Shown here: one piece after another, positions 1 to 10,261 of the stretch
Layout of the letters: every line of letters begins with the position of its first letter
How positions within the stretch are numbered: the first letter of the stretch is position 1
Assembly: GCA_020891255.1 (NCBI GenBank)
Contig: BQFW01000006.1
Location: 434,001 to 498,000 of the forward strand
From: Entomortierella parvispora E1425
Lineage: Eukaryota > Fungi > Mortierellomycota
Direction: 5' to 3'
DNA length: 64,000 nucleotides
Notes under the pieces: generated by a model
Told to the model about the DNA's origin: nothing
The model's input: only the letters and a program-made list of their open reading frames with translations
The model's database searches: none
Made by a program: the position numbers and the translations under genes

Positions 1-746
1 TCTGACTCGAGGGTAAGATCCGGTCCGTCCGTTTTTTTTTTCTTTTGCTCCCCTTTTTTGTCGTTCTTGCTGCTCTCTTTTTTCTTTTCGGGCGAGGGTG
101 GCCGTGACTGGTCTTTTTCCTCCCATGTGATCTTCTTGGCCGATGACGCACGCATGCTCGTTCCATCATCTCTTCCTCCATTCACTTTTCTTGTCTCCAT
201 TACTTTTCGACTTTCCTTCGGCGGCACCATCATCCTTCGTAATCCGCCATCTGAGTCGTCCGCCTCCATCTCATCTCGCCCATCTCTCTCAATTCCCTTC
301 GTTGCCTTGATTGCATCTTGTGCAGCGATGGTTCGTTCGAGCCGGGCCAAGTTTTCCGCAGCAGATGGACCTTCAATGGAACTTGGGACACTCTCCTTGG
401 GCTTGATGGGAATCTCCACTGCGGTCATCATCTCTCGTCGAGGAGGAGGATCGACATCCATCGAGCGAGCCTTGGCCGCAGCATGTTGGAGGGCTTTGAC
501 ATGCGACATGGCAGATGGGCCAACACGTGTAGTCATGGCAGGTGGTCTTTTCAGGACTTGGGTGGCAGCGTTGGGGCGAGGCACTCCTCGAGGCGGCGGC
601 GCTTTTGCATACGGTAACGAGCTGGTAGGGTTGCGGGTAGTGGGACGAGTAGCAACCAGTACGCTTACTTCTTCTGTGTTTTCTCCATGGATAGGGTCAG
701 GGGGTTCATGGTTTGGAGTCTCTCCATGGTCCCCTTCTAAAAATCC
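1..746 (-). CDS. ORF2 (putative pol N-terminal region) of the gag-bearing element next to LTR A1; in the -1 frame relative to gag, open to the window edge
   Basis: Manual translation: GGA TTT TTA GAA GGG GAC... stays open for ~248 codons to base 1. It is absent from the ORF track because no stop is reached. Low-complexity, no protease motif within the window. Confidence 0.6.
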
Positions 747-2269
747 ACTTCGACTTCAACAAATCCGAAGAAATAACAGCGAACGTCGAAATCCTCAACT
801 CCAGCGCCTTCATCGATCCTGGCTTCGACCAACAAAGTTTGAGGTGTCTTCTGCGCGGGGCAATCTCGGGCTATATGTCCCAACTGTTGGCAATTGTAAC
901 ACTGTCTCTCAGACATGGGGTTCTTCTCGCCTGAGTACCGAGTGGTGGGCGGTCCAGCCGGTCTAGGAGTAACTCGATTACTCTTACTGATGAGGATTTC
1001 CAGGCGGTCCAGCTCCTGAGTGACAGCTTCGATGTCGTCCTTGGAAGCTAAATTCTTCTGAGTCGAGTTGTTTTTGGCAGAGGTAAAGGATTTGGTGTCG
1101 CGTTTCACGGACGGGGAGCCGACGGCCTTTGATTCAGATTTGCCACGGTCATCTAACGGGTCCTTCTTCTTTTGCTTGTCCTTAGCAGTCGGGTTCTTAT
1201 CATCGTCATCATCGCTGGACTCGCTTTCATCATCGGTATCGTCCGTTTCCTCGTTATGTCGTACCAGATACAACTCGTACATCTTGCGAGAGCATTTATG
1301 GGCCTCCTCCATCATATCCTCAAGCTTGTTCTGGTGATGGACCTCCTTGGCAATGTCAGGAAGGAACAAGTTCTTGAGATAAGCCTTGCGTACGCCTGCT
1401 TCATCATACACACCAAGTCCTTGTCGAGTAGCCTGTTGATATTGTTCGTTTAGGATCCTAAAACGGATGTTGAAGGCCTGGACCGACTCTTTCTTTGTCT
1501 GCTTGCACTTGTCCAACTGCGCCAAGGATCCTGAGAGCAACTGATCACGAACGGACATGAAGGTATTGCGGAAATCCTCGTAGAGGCCTTCGGGGCGAAC
1601 CTCCCGGTTATTTTCGAGAAAGTATACAAACCATGCCTGTGTTTCGTCTGTTCCCATGGATGCTCCAAACGATTCGATGGTACGAGAGGCGGCCGTATGT
1701 GGGTTCATGTTGGTAAATTGCGTTCCAGCCCACAATTGGTACTGATGCAGCCATACCTCTGCTTTATGTTTCTTAGGATTGAACTTTCCAGCCGAACATA
1801 CACGAGGTTCTTTCTTGCCATGGAAGTCGTTGGGAGGCGTCCGATACTGATCATGAGGGCGTTCGTCACGTGACCAAGGGCGTTCGAGTCGTTCTCGACT
1901 CCTTCCGTCGGCAAAGTTAGAGGGCCTGTAAGGGGTCGAGAAATGGCTGGTCGGCTGAGTCGTCGGTAACGAGGGAGTGGATTCAGGGATTGGTCCTGGA
2001 TCGGCAGTTTGGGCGTACTCGGGATGGCGATTAGCGGCTGCCAATTCCGTACGCTTCAGCACGTTCAACAGCATGCTCTCCATCCTGCTAAGGGTGCTTT
2101 CCATCAGCCATTTCTCTCTGTCCGTGGCTACAAACATTTCAGGTGTGTTTTTGAGGTGACCTGGGATCTCTCCTTCTAGACGCATATCCGGCACACTACT
2201 CTCCATGCTGCTAGTGGATGCGGCTGGGGACCGGTCCGCGGAGATACTATCGGAGCTGCGCGGAGACAT
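737..2269 (-). CDS. gag: Retrotransposon Gag with CCHC zinc knuckle (~510 aa)
   Basis: CYNCQQLGHIARDC knuckle near the C-terminus and a gag-like helical core; first ATG at 2269; preceded by a PBS-like site. Confidence 0.85.
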   Translation of the reverse strand: MSPRSSDSISADRSPAASTSSMESSVPDMRLEGEIPGHLKNTPEMFVATDREKWLMESTLSRMESMLLNVLKRTELAAANRHPEYAQTADPGPIPESTPSLPTTQPTSHFSTPYRPSNFADGRSRERLERPWSRDERPHDQYRTPPNDFHGKKEPRVCSAGKFNPKKHKAEVWLHQYQLWAGTQFTNMNPHTAASRTIESFGASMGTDETQAWFVYFLENNREVRPEGLYEDFRNTFMSVRDQLLSGSLAQLDKCKQTKKESVQAFNIRFRILNEQYQQATRQGLGVYDEAGVRKAYLKNLFLPDIAKEVHHQNKLEDMMEEAHKCSRKMYELYLVRHNEETDDTDDESESSDDDDDKNPTAKDKQKKKDPLDDRGKSESKAVGSPSVKRDTKSFTSAKNNSTQKNLASKDDIEAVTQELDRLEILISKSNRVTPRPAGPPTTRYSGEKNPMSERQCYNCQQLGHIARDCPAQKTPQTLLVEARIDEGAGVEDFDVRCYFFGFVEVEVDF

Positions 2270-2360
2270 GTTGGAATCCAATGAAGACTGGTTTCAAGTT
2301 GATATCGGAAAGAAGAAGAGTTTCTCTTTAATCTCAGACGGGAGGGCTTGTAATTGCCCA

Positions 2361-2372
2361 GGTTCTCCACCA
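2361..2372 (-). promoter_or_regulatory. Primer-binding-site-like TGGTGGAGAACC (tRNA-Ala-type 3' end complement)
   Basis: TGG plus TGGAG complements the conserved ...CUCCA-CCA end of tRNA-Ala; it lies ~90 nt upstream of the gag ATG. Confidence 0.55.
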
Positions 2373-2385
2373 AATTGGCTTCGGG

Positions 2386-3453
2386 TGTGATGTTGTCTAA
2401 AGTAAGTATAGTCTAACGTCAGCAAAGGCTGGAGGTGAAAATGATAACGAAAAGAATAATAACGAACAAAGCTCGCTGCTTACATATGATAGGGACTTTG
2501 CTCTCTGTGCCACAAGGATCAAGCACAGCACTGCTATATGCTCAGATACAATCTCGAGAGAATGAACTGGATAGACAGGAGGAGGAGAATGAGCAACAGG
2601 ATCACGATATAAGCAGGAACGAAACTGAAAGGAGACTAATAAGGACATACCAATGAGCTAAGCACGTCCTAATGGTAACCAAACAGGAGAATAAACAACT
2701 ACGGAGGCGAACACTAGGTACTATACTAACTAATAACAACAACAAGGGAGGATTGAAGGGATCTAATCAGTAAGAGCACGGCCAGAAATATTCTATCCAG
2801 GGAAAGGGGACAAGGCCGCCTAACTGAGGGTTCAGGAGGGACTCGAGGGAAGGCGACGAGAAGATAAGGGAGGTTCCCAAGCACCAGTTAAGGCCTCAGG
2901 ATGCCCAAGCGCCAGTTAAGGCCTCAGGATGCCCAAGCGCCAGTTAAGGCCTCAGGATGGGATGCCAAGATCGTACAAGTCCACTCAAAAGAGACAAGAC
3001 ATTGTTGGTACCTCGTAAGTGAGCAAGGACACGGAGAAGTGGTTGGCCGAGGTTCTTGACGGGACTTGTCGAGGACGGGGAAGATCGTAACTTGTGAGTG
3101 TACAAGGTCGATCAACAGAACGCAATAGGTCTGTGATATCCAAAGGTAAGGGGGGGGAGGAGGTTTAGACTAGCTACTAATAGTCTCAGCAATCGGAATT
3201 AAGGCGTCGAGCTTGCTGCTGCTGCAAAGGGGATATCGGGCAGGAAGGGGGGGATGTATGTTTGGGTTCTGAAGGGTTCAACAAAAGTGTACTGGCAGGA
3301 ATCGTAAAGGAAAAAGGCAACCAGGAGCAAAATGGATTTTGCTCCCTTCTTTATAGAAAAAAAAACTGAAACTAAACAAAATAATAAATGCTACTGAAAA
3401 TATATCTCTACTCCGATGGATGTGGACCGGGACTCCACATCTACTACACCACA
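2386..3453 (-). mobile_element. LTR family A copy 1 (1068 bp), flanks CGGG / CCGC do not match
   Basis: Near-identical to 5337-6374 and 13291-14326; termini TGTGATGT...ACACCACA. It interrupts C gag at CCGC (empty site at 19563). Confidence 0.85.
2876..2959. repeat. 28-bp tandem repeat x3 inside LTR A1 (x2 in A2 and A3, x1 in A4)
   Basis: Unit CCCAAGCGCCAGTTAAGGCCTCAGGATG read directly. Confidence 0.95.
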
Positions 3454-4323
3454 CCGCCAAGGCTCTGGTGATTGATACGACCGATGTAGGACTATCCTTT
3501 CTTGGAATAGATGGCAACTGTGACGGTGGTAGTCCTTCAAACGTCAGTCCACTTCTGGTGCCAGAGCTGGTGGATGGAATGGTTTCCTCGTCCACATCCA
3601 TCTCTTCTGTGATGGATCCTTCGTGTGTGGCTACAGTGGCCAAGTCTCCGCCATTGTTGGTGGGTTCTCCAGAGTTGGAGGCAGTGGCGCGCGCGTTGGC
3701 GGCTTGTGCAACAGGTATAACAACTGCAGCGACTCTGCTCCGAATTGGTTTGTTGTTGTTGAGATTCACTTTGCCCATGTCGCGAAAAATTTTCCCAGCT
3801 GAATTGAGTTAATGCCGGAATGAACTGAATGTCGAAAAGTTCACCAAAGTCCATGAGCGGTGGCTTGCGTGCAGTAAGTGGTGTTTTGGTAACTTTCAAG
3901 GGTCCTGAAAGCGATGCTGTGTTCCGTTTAGATGGATGGGTCGGATTGACGGGTGAATTGGCGTTCCAAAGTTGATCTCAGTTAAATCGAGTGGAATTAA
4001 CTTGCGGAATGTGAGATGCAGGTCAATGCTGGTGAATGTCGTCGCAGACAGTGAAGAAATGCTGTTGATCGGTCGAGTGCTGACGAGTGCGGTTGAATGG
4101 AGGTGAATGCCGGTTGTGAATGTCGGTTATGTTCCTGATCCTGCGAGATCTTCTTCTCTTCACTGAAAAAAATGAAAAGTATATGGCACACGGAGTCAGT
4201 GAGAATAAGAGAGGGATCTCTGTTTTATTGAACCGGTCAGGATATTATCCTGACCGTTGCCTCCGTGACTGTGCCTTGCTGCCAGCAGCATCATTTGCCG
4301 CTGCGCCACCAAATTATGCGACA
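3454..4323 (-). mobile_element. Family C 5' fragment (C3): 5' LTR 4173-4323, leader, first ~108 gag codons (ATG 3778)
   Basis: Identical to 19563-20432. Inserted in B1 integrase with outer flank GAGCA; cut by LTR A1. Confidence 0.92.
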
Positions 4324-5336
4324 GAGCATCCTGGGCCAGGGCAAGGGTGGTCGCCTGCTCAGTCAGGAAGGTATCGACAGTGGGGACTGAGCTGTTGGGT
4401 TTCCCGAGGAGAGCGGTGGGGAGACGAGGGTGCTGGCCAGAGTTGAGGAAGAATGGCGAGTATCCCGTGGATGCATTGACAGCGTTGTTATAGGCGAATT
4501 CCAGTGACGGAAGGAGCTGGTCCCAGTTAGACTGCTTGTTGTCAATAAACGCTCTCAACATAGTCTTCAGCGTCTTGTTCATAACCTCTGTCTGCCCATC
4601 CGTCTGTGGGTGGTAGGCGGTTGACAGTGCAAGTGTGACATCCATTAGCCTGTGCAACTCTTGCCAGAATCTACTAGTGAATCGAGTGTCGCGGTCCGAG
4701 ATGATGGATGTTGGTTTGCCATGCAGCTTGAAGATGTTGTCAAAAAACTGGTGGGCGACGTCGACGGCTGTGGCAGAGGTAGTACTGGGGACGAAGTGAG
4801 CTTGCTTGGTGAGCTTGTCGACAAACACTGTGATGGCGTCAAAATTTCTAGCTGTGGGCGGAAGAGGGCCGATGAAGTCCATGGTGACTACCTCCCAACG
4901 TTGCGAAGGAATGGGTAGCGGTTGCAAGAGTCCAGCTGGTCGATCCTGGGAGTCCTTGTTCCTTTGACACTTCTCGCAGGTTGCTACATACTGCTGGGTA
5001 TCCTTGGCGATGTGGGGCCAATATACGAAACGGCGCAGGTTGTCGTAAGTCTTCTGAAAACCAAAGTGTCCAGCAGTGGCAGAGTCGTGAGCATCGTGCA
5101 AGAGAGTGAGGCGGATCGGGGAGTGCCGAGGGATGGCCAGGGTGGTTGCTCCACGTCGGGTAAAGTAGAGGAGGTTGTTCTGGAATGAATATCCATTGGC
5201 AACCTTCCCATCCAGGCAATCCTTGTAGATGGGTCCAAGTCGAGGATCGTCGTTGTAGTCCTGGACAAGCTGGTCACGGACGTCCGGGGATAGGGAGACA
5301 CTGAGGTTGTATAGCTCAACAGGGTCAGGCTCGCGG
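4324..5336 (-). pseudogene. B1 integrase (HHCC zinc finger + DDE core), truncated by C3; upstream part at 6375-6434
   Basis: HDAHDSATAGH...CEKC, TMDFIGPLP, ISDRDTRF and DGQTEVMNK motifs in ORF 4196..5101. Confidence 0.92.
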
Positions 5337-6374
5337 TGTGATGTTGTCTAAAGTAAGTATAGTCTAACGTCAGCAAAGGCTGGAGGTGAAAATGATAACG
5401 AAAAGAATAATAACGAACAAAGCTCGCTGCTTACATATGATAGGGACTTTGCTCTCTGTGCCACAAGGATCAAGCACAGCACTGCTATATGATCAGATAC
5501 AATCTCGAGAGAATGAACTGGATAGACAGGAGGAGGAGAATGAGCAACAGGATCACGATATAAGCAGGAACGAAACTGAAAGGAGACTAATAAGGACATA
5601 CCAATGAGCTAAGCACGTCCTAATGGTAACCAAACAGGAGAATAAACAACTACGGAGGCGAACACTAGGTACTATACTAACTAATAACAACAACAAGGGA
5701 GGATTGAAGGGATCTAATCAGTAAGAGCAAGGCTAGAAGTATTCTATCCAGGGAAAGGGGACAAGGCCGCCTAACTGAGGGTTCAGGAGGGACTCGAGGG
5801 AAGGCGACGAGAAGATAAGGGAGGTTCCCAAGCACCAGTTAAGGTCTCAGGGTGCCCAAGCGCCAGTTAAGGCCTCAGGGTGGGATGCCAAGATCGTACA
5901 AGTCCACTCAAAAGAGACAAGACATTGTTGGTACCTCGTAAGTGAGCAAGGACACGGAGAACTGGTTGGCCGAGGTTCTTGACGGGACTTGTCGAGGACG
6001 GGGAAGATCGTAACTTGTGAGTGTACAAGGTCGATCAACAGAACGCAATAGGTCTGTGATATCCAAAGGTAAGGGGGGGAGGAGGTTTAGACTAGCTACT
6101 AATAGTCTCAGCAATCGGAATTAAGGCGTCGAGCTTGCTGCTGCTGCAAAGGGGATATCGGGTAGGAAGGGGGGGATGTGTGTTTGTGTTCTGAAGGGTT
6201 CAACAAAAGTGTACTGGCAGGAATCGTAAAGGAAAAAGGCAACCAGGAGCAAAATGGGTTTTGCTCCCTTCTTTATAGAAAAAAAACTGAAACTAAACAA
6301 AATAATAAATGCTACTGAAAATATATCTCTACTCCGATGGATGTGGACCGGGACTCCACATCTACTACACCACA
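5337..6374 (-). mobile_element. Lone LTR A2 (1038 bp) with 4-bp TSD GCGG
   Basis: GCGG at 5333-5336 and 6375-6378; homologous empty site CGCGGTAGTCC in B' at ~32901. Confidence 0.93.
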
Positions 6375-6434
6375 GCGGTAGTCCGGTCGTCGGGAGAGAG
6401 CGTCTGGGACGATGTTGTCAACTCCTCGCTTGTA

Positions 6435-6874
6435 CAGTCATTTTCACTTGATATGGACTCATTCAACGATTCAATACGGACCGATTAGTCAGAATAAATT
6501 TGGCGATCAAATTTTAATCTTGGACTATGTCGAAGGAATAAATCGGACCACCATTCGAAAATAATATGGACAGTTTATTCATAATGACTTTGTCAGGATA
6601 AAACAACCGTTTCGGACTTCGTCGGCAAAATAACTTGGCCTGGTTGCATTTGGCCCTCATTCATCAAATCAAAGTGGCCTCCTGCATCTTGTTCTTCTAG
6701 GCCATCTTTCACGCTTCTTTTCATCCATCAACCAAAGTACCTATAGGCCGACATCCTTTTTTACATTGACCGACACCATTGTTTCTTTTCCGCCATGGGC
6801 TTCAACAGCAGTTGGCCAATCATCAATCTCAGCTCTGCCATCCAACCTGTTCCATCTTGGCCCATGTTCATTAT
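6435..6874 (+). repeat. Left terminal inverted repeat of the Tc1-type element
   Basis: Reverse complement of ~9822-10261; near-perfect for ~400 bp, degenerate in the inner ~40 bp. Confidence 0.93.
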
Positions 6875-7511
6875 TTTTATTTCGTCCAAAACTATCGATT
6901 TGACCTTGCCATTCCATTGGACTTTAATTCGACCTATAGCTCCTCCATATCATGGCATGCAGGGAAGTACTTGTCGTGAGCGTTTGTAATATATGCTTGG
7001 ATATGCCCCAATGGTACCGCGACAGCAGCTTCTCGCAGACGTGACGTTGTGGTCTCTCCTTTCTTCATATCCTGCCGGCGGAAAAAGTGCTTCATTTCGG
7101 CCCAATACTCCTCGATGGGGTTAAGGAACGGGGAATAGGCAGGAAGGTAGACCGGAGTGTATCCGCGCGACTCGATGTAACGCTTTGTGTACTCCGATTT
7201 GTGAATGCTTGCATTATCCATGACCAAGTTCACTCCTTTTTTCCCATTTCTGTCAAGAATATCCATAACGTTGGTGATGAAAGCGAGAAAATGACTTGAG
7301 TTTGTTCCTCGAGAGTACTCTTCCTCCTCAGTCTCTTTCTTGCTTTTGCCAGTAGTAGATCTTTTCTTGCTTGGCGTTGACACTGGTGGTGTACGAAGCG
7401 TGATGTCGATGACTCCTTCCCAACAGACAGCTCCCAAGACCGACAGATTCAAGCTCTTTAGCTTGGGGACACGGACTGTTGGTGGACGTTTTATCTTCGG
7501 GGCCATGCTGG

Positions 7512-8021
7512 TGTGGTGTTGCTACAATGGGTTGGGGATCGGTCGTAGCTCAAGGAGAGAGGGGCTGGTCACAAGTGATCAAGGGAAAGGGGATTGCTTG
7601 CGAGGGGGAGGATAGACGTTGCAGGATCTCACTGTCTAAACTGTGTGAACCAAGTATCAATAAAGATCTCAGTCGGGTGGAAGCTCAAGACTTGTACGAA
7701 GGCAAGCTTGATCGGCAGAACAGGGTCTGTGATATCCAAAGGTAAAGGGGGGGGGGGAGGAGGTTAGACTAGCTACTAATAGTCTCAGCAATCGGAATTA
7801 AGGCGTCGATCTTGCTGCTGCTGCAAAGGGGATATCGGGCAGGAAGTGGGGGGGGGGATGTGTATGTGTTCTGTAACGATCAAACAAAAGCAAACGAAAA
7901 AGTAGGGAAGGAAGCGACCCAGAGCAATTACTGCTCTGAACACGAAATTATATTAACGCAATCTTTTAAGGGTATCTAAACTGACTTCTACAAATGTGTG
8001 ATCTGTATCTACTACACCACA
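7512..8021 (-). mobile_element. Lone LTR-like element E1 (510 bp), 4-bp TSD CTGG
   Basis: Termini TGTGGTGT...ACACCACA; CTGG at 7508-7511 and 8022-8025; shares a ~180-bp core with family A. Confidence 0.92.
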
Positions 8022-8320
8022 CTGGCGTCCTCATTTTCGACATCATCTTTTCCATGAGATTTGGTACTCTTCCCTCCCTTCGGCGCCCAACCCTTCAAAC
8101 GTCTCATAGAAAGGTTGAATCCCGCTTCGTCAATAAAGACAGAGTTGTACATGAATGCTTCTCGACTAGGCCACCGTTCAACCCGAGTATCGATCACCCG
8201 GCTGCACCTGAATCGTCTGGAGCGAGTAGCGACATTCATTTTTGACGTGACGGTAGAGAGTAGCTGTCGAGACCTTGAACTCGAACTCCTCTTCAATTGC
8301 GGCCTGAAGCTCTAACACGT

Positions 8321-8829
8321 TGTGGTGTAGTAGATACGGATCACACATTTGTAGAAGTCAGTTTAGATACCCTTAAAAGATTGCGTTAATATAATTTCGT
8401 GTTCAGAGCAGTAATTGCTCTGGGTCGCTTCCTTCCCTACTTTTTCGTTTGCTTTTGTTTGATCGTTACAGAACACATACACATCCCCCCCCCCACTTCC
8501 TGCCCGATATCCCCTTTGCAGCAGCAGCAAGATCGACGCCTTAATTCCGATTGCTGAGACTATTAGTAGCTAGTCTAACCTCCTCCCCCCCCCCTTTACC
8601 TTTGGATATCACAGACCCTGTTCTGCCGATCAAGCTTGCCTTCGTACAAGTCTTGAGCTTCCACCCGACTGAGATCTTTATTGATACTTGGTTCACACAG
8701 TTTAGACAGTGAGACCCTGCAACGTCTATCCTCCCCCTCGCAAGCAATCCCCTTTCCCTTGATCACTTGTGACCAGCCCCTCTCTCCTTGAGCTACGACC
8801 GATCCCCAACCCATTGTAGCAACACCACA
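8321..8829 (+). mobile_element. Lone LTR-like element E2 (509 bp), 4-bp TSD ACGT, inverted relative to E1
   Basis: ACGT at 8317-8320 and 8830-8833; near-exact reverse complement of E1. Confidence 0.92.
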
Positions 8830-9821
8830 ACGTCCTTCTCGGGATCGTTTCCAAAGAAGTCTAGGATAAATTTTGTGTGCTCTTCCTGCAACAGCTTAGG
8901 ACGTCCGCAACCGCCGCCTCTGGGCTTATTGGTAGGAAAATCCTCGTTTGGGTTCTCCATGTACGCGCTAAGCTTGGTTCGACCTGTTTTCCCGTTGATT
9001 CCATACTTCTTCGCAGCAGCAGTCATTGAGATTTGACCGAAGTTCTCGGTGAGGTCGTTAAGTGTCCGTTCCCAGTGCTTGTCTGTGTATTTACGATACT
9101 GCCCACGTGGACGGCGCTTGACTTTTGGTGTTTCTTGATCGTCGATGGCGCTTCCCGCCTTTGGGTCTTCTTCATCGTCCTCGCTTTCTCCCGACTCATC
9201 TCCGCCATCGATTTCACCCTGATCTCGAAGTTCCTGTTGCTTCTTGTAATCGTTCAGATCCAAAAGATGATTCATGGTAGGGTTCTTGTTTGTGTCCAAA
9301 ACGCCTGACGAGCTCTGGATAAAAGATTGTGGCGGGACACCTGTGTAACTGATGGACTGCGGTGACGCACCTGGACCCTGACCAAGTGATTCAGACAATA
9401 TGCCCGAGCCCTGACTAAAGAATTGAGGAGGGACGCTTGCGCTTTGGTTATTGGATTGCGGCGGCGCACTCGAACCCAGGTTACTGGACTGAAAAGGCAA
9501 ATTCCCATGCTGGGGATGATTGGCCAGTCTGGTCGCATCGGTCGAGGTGCCAGGAGGGGACTCGAACTGAAAGATCAGGTTCTTGACATGACTATTTGGA
9601 GCTGGCTTGAACGTCGACCCTGGTCCCAGGGGCGGTTGAAAGTTGAATGGTGGTTGGGTCATGATGCAGGGGTTGATATGCAGGGGTTGATAGAAAAAAA
9701 AATGGAGGGCACCATCCGTATTTATTGAAATCCGGATATTATCACTTTTGGAGTTATGGACATGACGAGCACCAACACAACAGAAAACTCAACAGCTTGG
9801 ACCAAAGAAGTCCAAAAATAG

Positions 9822-10261
9822 ATGATGAGCATGGGCTAAGATGGAACAGGTTGGATGGCTGAGCTGAGATTGATGATTGGCCAACTGCTGTTGAAGCCCA
9901 TGGCGGAAAAGAAACAATGGTGTCGGTCAATGTAAAAAAGGATGTCGGCCTATAGGTACTTTGGTTGATGGATGAAAAGAAGCGTGAAAGATGGCCTAGA
10001 AGAACAAGATGCAGGAGGCCACTTTGATTTGATGAATGAGGGCCAAATGCAACCAGGCCAAGTTATTTTGCCGACGAAGTCCGAAACGGTTGTTTTATCC
10101 TGACAAAGTCATTATGAATAAACTGTCCATATTATTTTCGAATGGTGGTCCGATTTATTCCTTCGACATAGTCCAAGATTAAAATTTGATCGCCAAATTT
10201 ATTCTGACTAATCGGTCCGTATTGAATCGTTGAATGAGTCCATATCAAGTGAAAACGACTG
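9822..10261 (-). repeat. Right terminal inverted repeat of the Tc1-type element
   Basis: See left TIR; one mismatch at terminal position 6 (CAGTCG vs CAGTCA). Confidence 0.93.

Larger units (their letters stand above)
6934..9662 (-). pseudogene. DD34E transposase split by E1 and E2 (segments 8830-9662, 8022-8320, 6934-7511) plus a frameshift near 8182
   Basis: VFIDEAGF, VMDNASIHK and YSPFLNPIE motifs with 34 residues between the second D and the E; HTH-like region upstream. Confidence 0.92.
6435..10261 (-). mobile_element. Tc1/IS630-type DNA transposon, TA TSD, ~440-bp TIRs
   Basis: TA|CAGTC...GACTG|TA. Removing it restores the B1 reading QEYDFDFRYKRGVDNIVPDALSRRPD. Confidence 0.95.

Noticed and set aside
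58-966. 302-aa plus-strand ORF
   Set aside because: It is the antisense shadow of the minus-strand gag end and ORF2, with no independent motif.
2397-2656. Recurrent 60-83-aa ORFs inside LTR A (also 5348, 13302, 34426) as an LTR-encoded membrane peptide
   Set aside because: They recur only because the LTRs are near-identical. In the diverged A4 the N-terminus is replaced and changes are largely non-synonymous, so there is no sign of selection.
2876-2959. 28-bp repeats as a CRISPR array
   Set aside because: The units are directly adjacent with no spacers, there are no cas genes, and the context is eukaryotic.
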